Notes under the pieces: generated by a model
Told to the model about the DNA's origin: nothing
Database searches by the model: none
The model's input: the letters and a program-made list of their open reading frames with translations, nothing else
In this document: one piece after another, positions 58,176-64,000 of the stretch
Layout of the letters: each line of letters starts with the position of its first letter
Position numbering within the stretch: the first letter of the stretch is position 1
Made by a program: the position numbers and the translations under genes
NCBI GenBank assembly: GCA_032128375.1
Contig: JAQBGU010000202.1
Coordinates: 25,620 to 89,619 of the forward strand
Reading direction: 5' to 3'
Source: Deltaproteobacteria bacterium
GTDB lineage: Bacteria; Myxococcota_A; UBA9160; SMWR01
Length of the DNA stretch: 64,000 nt

Positions 58176-58592
58176 CTAGGCGGATCGGGTCGCTATGCAC
58201 TCGATTTCGACGCATGCGCCGATCGCGAGCGCGGAAACGCTCATGGTGATCCGAGCCGGCGGCCCCTTGCTCGGCGGAAAAAACTCGCCGTAGACGTCGT
58301 TCATTGCCGGAAAGTCGGCCATGTTCGTGACGTAGACACTCACTTTTGCGACGTCTTCCAGGTCGGCACCCGCCGCGCGCAGAATCGCGCGGATATTCTC
58401 GAGCGTCTGGCGGGTTTCCGGGCCGATGCCGCCGGGGATCAGCGCGATCCCGGGGCCAGACCCGGAGGAACGCGCGACCGTGCCCAGAGTTCCCGACACG
58501 AAGATCAAATCTCCGACGACCGACGCATGGGAAAAGAAGGGCAGACGTCCGACTTCGTCGACGACAATCTTTCTTCCACCGCGGGTATTCAT
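58176..58592 (-). CDS. RidA/YjgF family protein
   Basis: FVSG, QTLENI, MNDVYGEFF, PPAR, VEIEC. Confidence 0.88.
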   Translation of the reverse strand: MNTRGGRKIVVDEVGRLPFFSHASVVGDLIFVSGTLGTVARSSGSGPGIALIPGGIGPETRQTLENIRAILRAAGADLEDVAKVSVYVTNMADFPAMNDVYGEFFPPSKGPPARITMSVSALAIGACVEIECIATRSA

Positions 58593-58847
58593 CGCGACGA
58601 GACTAGCACGACCGCGCGCGTCCCTCGGGTGAGCGCCCGCCTGCATACCGCAGACCACGAAGCCGGGGAACCCGCAACGGATGCGCTTCCACCGCCTGTG
58701 CGACGACTTGCAAGTACGGAATCGCATATCCCCCCGGCTAGCAAGCGTCACCGGATAATGGGCCACGTTTGCATCGGCGCCGCATCCCGATCGAGCGGCA
58801 CGAGGGCGCCGCGCGCGAAACTTTCGCGCAATGCGTAGACTTCATTC

Positions 58848-59363
58848 ATGGAGTCGAACCCGCTGTGGTACTTCGCGTACGGGAGCAACCTCGACCCGCG
58901 CACGTTCGTGGGTCGGCGGCGTATGAGGCCACTTGCCGCTCGGAACGTCCAACTCCGCGACTACCGGCTGGTTTTTGACCTGCCCGTTGGGCCGGGACAA
59001 CGGGGTGTGGCAAACCTGTTGCCGGAGTTCGGCGCGATCGTCCGCGGGGTCGCGTATCAGATCAGTGAAGGGCAGGCGCGGCGTTTGGATCGAACCGAGG
59101 GTGTGCCGAAGGCATACCGTCGGACAGTAGTCGACGTGGTCGACGACGACGCGTCGGGATCCTTCGCGGCATTCACCTATGTATCACCGCACCGCAACAG
59201 CGGCCGAAAGCCTTCCGAGCGATACATGGGGTTGCTGTTGCGTGGCGCGCGCCACCACCAATTGCCGGAACCCTACATCAACTATCTACGGGACTTCGAG
59301 CTGGCAGTCGACGAGCGCTCGACGCAGCAAGAGCTGTTTGGCCCGCCGCGTCGGTCGCGATAG
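58848..59363 (+). CDS. Gamma-glutamylcyclotransferase family protein
   Basis: YFAYGSNL, LDRTEG, PSERY. Confidence 0.9.
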   Translation: MESNPLWYFAYGSNLDPRTFVGRRRMRPLAARNVQLRDYRLVFDLPVGPGQRGVANLLPEFGAIVRGVAYQISEGQARRLDRTEGVPKAYRRTVVDVVDDDASGSFAAFTYVSPHRNSGRKPSERYMGLLLRGARHHQLPEPYINYLRDFELAVDERSTQQELFGPPRRSR

Positions 59364-59418
59364 CGACGCCTCGGGTTCGACGCCCGCTTGCGGCAGATGG
59401 GGTGGCCTGACTTGCCAA

Positions 59419-60933
59419 CTACCTGCTCTGGTCCGCGTCAGGGTCCGAGCCGGCGATGACGTCGATTACGGCGAGTGAACCCTTGTGCAACGAAAAGACG
59501 ACGCGTCCTTCTCCTTCGTAGACCCAGTCGCGTAGATATCCGCCTGGCCCGATATAGAATGGGATCCAGGCCTTCGCTGTGATGCGGTCGATCCTGTCGT
59601 CCGGATCTCCCAGGATATTGCGCACGTCATTGTGGCTCATCCCGAATTCGATCTGCGCGAGCGGGCTGCCAGGCGGAAGGCTCGGGAAGCGACGACGCGC
59701 TGCGACCGGGGCCGCTGTCTCTGGCACCACGTTCGCGAGCATTGAAGGCGCCTGCTGTGCTTCCGGGGGGGCGGCCTGTGGGATCAGCGAAGCGCGCGGC
59801 GGCTTGGCTGCCGTCTCCTGTGGAATCCACGCCGTCTGCGGCTCAGCGGGTACGGGGGGTGGGATCACAGTAGGGATCACAGCGGCAGTCTGTGGCATCA
59901 CGGGCACGCTCTCTGGCATCGGGATCGTGGGTAGCAGCTCCCCACTTACGGCGTGTGCGAGCGGGGCAGGTGCCTGCGCGTACTCCTGTGGAATCGGAGT
60001 CGTGGACGGTGACTCTGGATTAGCGCTGTTCGGTGTCACTCCCATTGGGATCGCTTCCATCGCGGTCAGATTCGTTGGCGAAGCGGCGGGTTCCGTCGTG
60101 CCGACCTCTCTGGAAATCGGCTCCGGGGACGGCCGTGTCACGAGTTCGCGTTCTGGGGCCGAAGGCGGGGTGCTTTCGGACTCAGGTTTCGGCCGGGCAA
60201 TCGGGGCATCCTGGGGCGCAGCGCGAGCGATGACCCGTGCCCAAGGCGATTCGCCGAGATCCTTCAACGCATCCTGGAAAAAGGCCGCGCGATCAGCCGT
60301 ATCATGGCTGATCGTGGACTGCTCGAGGTCTATCAGCCAGGTCCTGGGGAACCACCGGGCGAGTCCGGATTCGGCAATCGCGCTGGGTCGGATGCGCTCG
60401 GCGATCCGCCTCTGCAGGTCGTCGTGAAATACCACGTCCGCGTCGATGGGGTCACCCTGCTTGATTTGCAGTGCACCCATGAATGCCACGTCGCCCGGGG
60501 CGATCGCGGTTCGCGTCCGATGAATCAACTCCGCCGGAAAGATCATTGCGTGAGAGATCGTGCCGCCATATCGGGTCTGGGTCACTCCACCCGCTACCGC
60601 ATGATCGTTCCAGGGGGGCGCGACTGCCGAGGTGACGGCCACCAATGAGTACGTTCCAGGTTCGGGATCGAGCAAATAGGCTCGTGACCACTTTACGAAC
60701 GTGGCGGGGATGAATTCCGGGAGTTCATCCGGTGCGCCGTCTCTCGCAAAGAATGCCTGCACCAGAGAACGGTCTCGGCTCAGTCGAGCGGGGAAAACGA
60801 CGTCCACCACCAACACGGAACTCTCTGGCGAGGTCAATCCTTCTGGGGTTGGAGTCGACTGACAGCTCGAACCCAATACCAGCAGAAGCATACAGACCAG
60901 CAGCGATCGAGCGGTTCCGGAAGTCCGGCGCAT
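59419..60933 (-). CDS. Lipoprotein with a long Pro/Ala/Thr-rich linker and a C-terminal SmpA/OmlA-like domain
   Basis: LGSSC lipobox; IEFGMSHNDVRNILGDPD. Confidence 0.65.
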   Translation of the reverse strand: MRRTSGTARSLLVCMLLLVLGSSCQSTPTPEGLTSPESSVLVVDVVFPARLSRDRSLVQAFFARDGAPDELPEFIPATFVKWSRAYLLDPEPGTYSLVAVTSAVAPPWNDHAVAGGVTQTRYGGTISHAMIFPAELIHRTRTAIAPGDVAFMGALQIKQGDPIDADVVFHDDLQRRIAERIRPSAIAESGLARWFPRTWLIDLEQSTISHDTADRAAFFQDALKDLGESPWARVIARAAPQDAPIARPKPESESTPPSAPERELVTRPSPEPISREVGTTEPAASPTNLTAMEAIPMGVTPNSANPESPSTTPIPQEYAQAPAPLAHAVSGELLPTIPMPESVPVMPQTAAVIPTVIPPPVPAEPQTAWIPQETAAKPPRASLIPQAAPPEAQQAPSMLANVVPETAAPVAARRRFPSLPPGSPLAQIEFGMSHNDVRNILGDPDDRIDRITAKAWIPFYIGPGGYLRDWVYEGEGRVVFSLHKGSLAVIDVIAGSDPDADQSR

Positions 60934-61051
60934 GTGCGGAGGATACCGCGGAAGCGAGAGCGGGAACCGTTCGCATCATCTTCGATTCCCGGCGCGGCGC
61001 GCACTCGCGGCTCGCGGTGCGTGTCGAAAGAACCGAATGGCCGCAAGCGTC

Positions 61052-62380
61052 TCAGGCGCAGTACAACGCCTTCGCCTGGTCCCGGAGCGAATCTCGGAAG
61101 TCGGGATGGGCAATCTCACACAGTGCGCGGGCTCGCTCCTGCACCGTCTTGCCGCGGAGTTCGACCGCCCCGAACTCTGTGACGACGAAGTCCACGTAAG
61201 TTCGCGGAACCGTTACCGGCGTGCCCGGCGCAAGCGTGGGTACGATACGCGTTACGCGCTGGCGATCGCCGGTTGACGGGACGGAACTCGACGGAACGAC
61301 GCTCACCGATTTGCCACCCGGGGAGTATGCGCCGGCCAGCATGAAGACGGTCTGCCCACCGACACCCGTGTAGGGACGATGATCGAACGCTTCGGCGGAG
61401 ACCTGTCCGGTCAGGTCGACCACCATCGCGTTGTTGACTGTCACGAAGTTGTCGAGCTGAATCAAGCGCCGCAGGTCGTCGGTGTAGCCGAAGTCGTAAA
61501 GTTCGAAGACGGGGTTTTCGTGCACGCGGAGCATCTCCTCGCGCGACATCGACACGAAGGCGCTGCCGACAACCTTGCCGCGGTGAATCTGCTTGCGGAG
61601 TCCCGTCACGTTGCCGTTTTCGACGAGGTCCGGAATGCCGCCGGTGATCAGTTCCGTCTGGATGCCAAGGTCGTTGCGAAAGTCGAGAAATTGCCCCAGC
61701 GATGCGGAGACCGTGCCGACACCCATCTGCAGCGTGTCGCCGTCGTTCACCAGCTCGACGGCAACCGTGGTGCAGATCGCCTCGACTTGAGCGACCTCTT
61801 CTTCGCTAAGTGATACGGCCGTTGGTGCTGAGACAGGCGCTTCGCCTTCGACGAACCAATCGATTTCGTCGATGTGGACGAAGTTCTCCCCGCCCGTACG
61901 GATGAAATCCTCTTGGACTTCAGCGATCACGAGTTTTGCGCGTCGGACCATCGTGGGCGACATCCAAACGCCGGGTCCGAAGCTGCAGTAGCCGCGCATA
62001 TCCGGGGGAGAGACCGGAACCAGGAAGACGTCCGCTTCCTGCGCCACACCGTCCGGGAGCTCGTGCGAGCGGAACAGCCCGATCGGCAAGTAGTCGCTCT
62101 CGCCCGCGTGGCAGGCAGCGCGGTTGGCCGGGGTTGCGTAATTGTCGCGCAAGCGAAAAACGCCGCGCAACTCGGGCTCCGTCCAGCACACCGCAGAAGC
62201 AAGGTGGTGGACCTGTACGTTTTCGAGTTCGCCATTGCGTCCGCGCTCGATCAGTCCCCGACACAGCGTGAGCGGGGAACTCGTGAAGGGAGACGCGGTG
62301 ATGGTTTGTCCCGACTCGACGTGTCGGACCGCTGTCTCGACATCGATCAACTTCCTGCCCAGGCGCTCTTTCCAATTCAT
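61052..62380 (-). CDS. Acetyl-CoA hydrolase/4-hydroxybutyrate CoA-transferase family protein
   Basis: LQMGVG, LGIQTE, VDLTGQV, GVGGQ, VVTEFG, IAHPDFR. Confidence 0.92.
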   Translation of the reverse strand: MNWKERLGRKLIDVETAVRHVESGQTITASPFTSSPLTLCRGLIERGRNGELENVQVHHLASAVCWTEPELRGVFRLRDNYATPANRAACHAGESDYLPIGLFRSHELPDGVAQEADVFLVPVSPPDMRGYCSFGPGVWMSPTMVRRAKLVIAEVQEDFIRTGGENFVHIDEIDWFVEGEAPVSAPTAVSLSEEEVAQVEAICTTVAVELVNDGDTLQMGVGTVSASLGQFLDFRNDLGIQTELITGGIPDLVENGNVTGLRKQIHRGKVVGSAFVSMSREEMLRVHENPVFELYDFGYTDDLRRLIQLDNFVTVNNAMVVDLTGQVSAEAFDHRPYTGVGGQTVFMLAGAYSPGGKSVSVVPSSSVPSTGDRQRVTRIVPTLAPGTPVTVPRTYVDFVVTEFGAVELRGKTVQERARALCEIAHPDFRDSLRDQAKALYCA

Positions 62381-62608
62381 TTCGACCTCGATTTGTTACG
62401 GCCGCGTAAGGCCTCGACTGCATCGCTGCAGCTGCCTTTCGCTCCGGAGATGCGCGTTGCAGCGACATTTCCACAACACTGGACCGCGCGCCAATGCTCG
62501 TCGCGTGTCACGAACCGGGCAGGTGTCGGAGGGCCGGGCATGGGACGACGCTCCATCGCCAGGCGACCCTCGACTGCGTGACCCGAGACACAGCCTCCTG
62601 AGACGATT

Positions 62609-63172
62609 GTGACCGAGTCGGAAGCCGACGCGACTGGGTTGGGAAACGAAGGCGGGTCGTCGCGGCCGCGTTTGGCCTTCGCGCACCTGAACCTGAGGCG
62701 CAATCCCTTCGGTGAGCCCGAGCGGAGCGAACGGGGTGGGCTCGCGATCGTCGACGAGCGAACGCTCGCGAATTGGATCCGGAGACTTTGCGAACCGGGC
62801 TTCGCCTTGCAGTTCATCGGAGAGAACGGTCGAGGAAAATCCACGCACCTGCTCGCCTTGCATCGGCGTTTTCCCAGCGCGCCTATCGTATTCGTCGGCG
62901 AAGGCGAGAAACCCAGGCTGCCGAGCGGGGCTCCTTTCTTTCTGGACGAGGCGCAACGCGTCGGGCGACGGCGACTCGCACGGCTGTTTCGACGCGGCGG
63001 CTCCGTGGCGCTCGGAAGCCATGCGAACCACTTCACGGAACTCGCTGCAGCGGGTCTCGACGTTGTTACTGTGTACCCTGCGGCCGACCTCGAGCCCGCA
63101 AAGCTCGCACGCATTCTGGAACGCCGGATCCGCCGGGCCCAGCGCTCACCGCGTGATTCTCTTCGATCGTGA
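62609..63172 (+). CDS. P-loop NTPase-like hypothetical protein, possibly C-terminally truncated
   Basis: RRNPFG, GENGRGKST Walker A, FFLDEAQ Walker B. Confidence 0.6.
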   Translation: MTESEADATGLGNEGGSSRPRLAFAHLNLRRNPFGEPERSERGGLAIVDERTLANWIRRLCEPGFALQFIGENGRGKSTHLLALHRRFPSAPIVFVGEGEKPRLPSGAPFFLDEAQRVGRRRLARLFRRGGSVALGSHANHFTELAAAGLDVVTVYPAADLEPAKLARILERRIRRAQRSPRDSLRS

Positions 63173-63275
63173 TCTTGCGTCGTGGCCTGTCACTCTGCGT
63201 CGATTGCGTTTCGAGTGAGATCCTGCGCCGGAATCCGGGTTATGATGGCGGTTTCCTCACTTCGCTGGGAGCCAG

Positions 63276-63893
63276 ATGAATCGGACATTACCGGTCGCGA
63301 AGCAGTTCGCTCATTGCAGAGTTCTTCTGGTCGTGCTGCCGCTGTTGTGGGCCGGTGTCGCCCCGGCGCTCGCCGAGAGGCCGACTCCTGAGGAGATGGT
63401 GGAGCGTGCGCTCAGTGAAAGCTCCTTCAAGGGCGAGTTGGAGTCGGTCCGGCAGCTGGTGTCGGCGGGTATTTCCGTCAACGCCCGCGACCCGGAGAAG
63501 CGCACGTCGCTGATGTGGGCCGCGTTCAACGGCCATACACCCGTAGCCTCCTTCCTGATCGACCAGGGCGCCGAGATCGACGCGAGGGACAGCAACGGTC
63601 GCACCGCACTGATGTACGCGTCGAGCGGTCCATTCACGGAAACCGTCGAGCTACTGCTGAACAAAGGGGCCGAAGCCAACATCCAGGGCACGCTGGAGGG
63701 CTTCACCGCCTTGATGACCGCCGCCGCCGAGGGCCAGCTGGAGGTCGTCCGTTCGCTCCTTTCTCACGGCGCGAACCCGGACATCAAGGACCGAGACGGC
63801 GATACAGCGGAGAGCTTCGCTCAAGAGAAAGGCCATGCAGCGGTTGTCAGCTTGTTGAAAAATCCCGGTCCCCGATCGGGGGCCAAAGACTGA
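63276..63893 (+). CDS. Exported ankyrin-repeat protein
   Basis: Signal peptide (ALA); repeated TALMxAA...G motifs. Confidence 0.9.
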   Translation: MNRTLPVAKQFAHCRVLLVVLPLLWAGVAPALAERPTPEEMVERALSESSFKGELESVRQLVSAGISVNARDPEKRTSLMWAAFNGHTPVASFLIDQGAEIDARDSNGRTALMYASSGPFTETVELLLNKGAEANIQGTLEGFTALMTAAAEGQLEVVRSLLSHGANPDIKDRDGDTAESFAQEKGHAAVVSLLKNPGPRSGAKD

Positions 63894-64000
63894 CCGCACG
63901 TTGTGCTCGCCGCGAAATCGTGTGAATCATACTCCTCCCATCTGGGACGCTCTGTTGGCCGGTGTTTCGTTCGGTCCTCGAGTGGCGGGCTGGTTAGTTG

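Noticed and set aside
63928..64000. Strong GGGAGGAG SD plus ATG on the minus strand with an IS-leader-like feel
   Set aside because: The ORF is short, runs antisense into the ankyrin gene and has no transposase motif; the window edge prevents evaluation

Overview
A GC-rich, gene-dense bacterial chromosome segment. Gene content (exosortase plus PEP-CTERM protein, PQQ dehydrogenase, many CoA, lipid and xenobiotic enzymes) suggests a Myxococcota/deltaproteobacterium-like organism; this is inference only. I found no rRNA, complete tRNA, CRISPR array or intact prophage. It holds about 55 CDS, mostly accessory metabolism. Highlights: (1) two apparently separate ORFs at 44676-45866 read as one selenoprotein, a peroxiredoxin-like redoxin with W-UGA-P-P-C (UxxC), a bacterial SECIS-like hairpin just after the UGA, and a fused DsbD-alpha-like domain; (2) an APS-reductase (CysH)-like protein lacks the C-terminal catalytic ECG(L/I)H motif but has a fused N-terminal CxxC domain; (3) a surface-glycosylation island (two GT-C-like, GT2, DedA/VTT, Thr-type LtaS/EptA-like transferase, TSP3-repeat phosphoesterase); (4) two IS110 relics, one with a candidate bridge-RNA-like non-coding end; (5) a putative nucleotidyltransferase toxin-antitoxin pair with a palindromic operator; (6) a 1401-aa internally duplicated membrane protein; (7) short tandem duplications at gene 5' ends, several orphan gene remnants, and single-base frameshifts that may be assembly errors. 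All family calls come from motif recognition by eye, not database searches.
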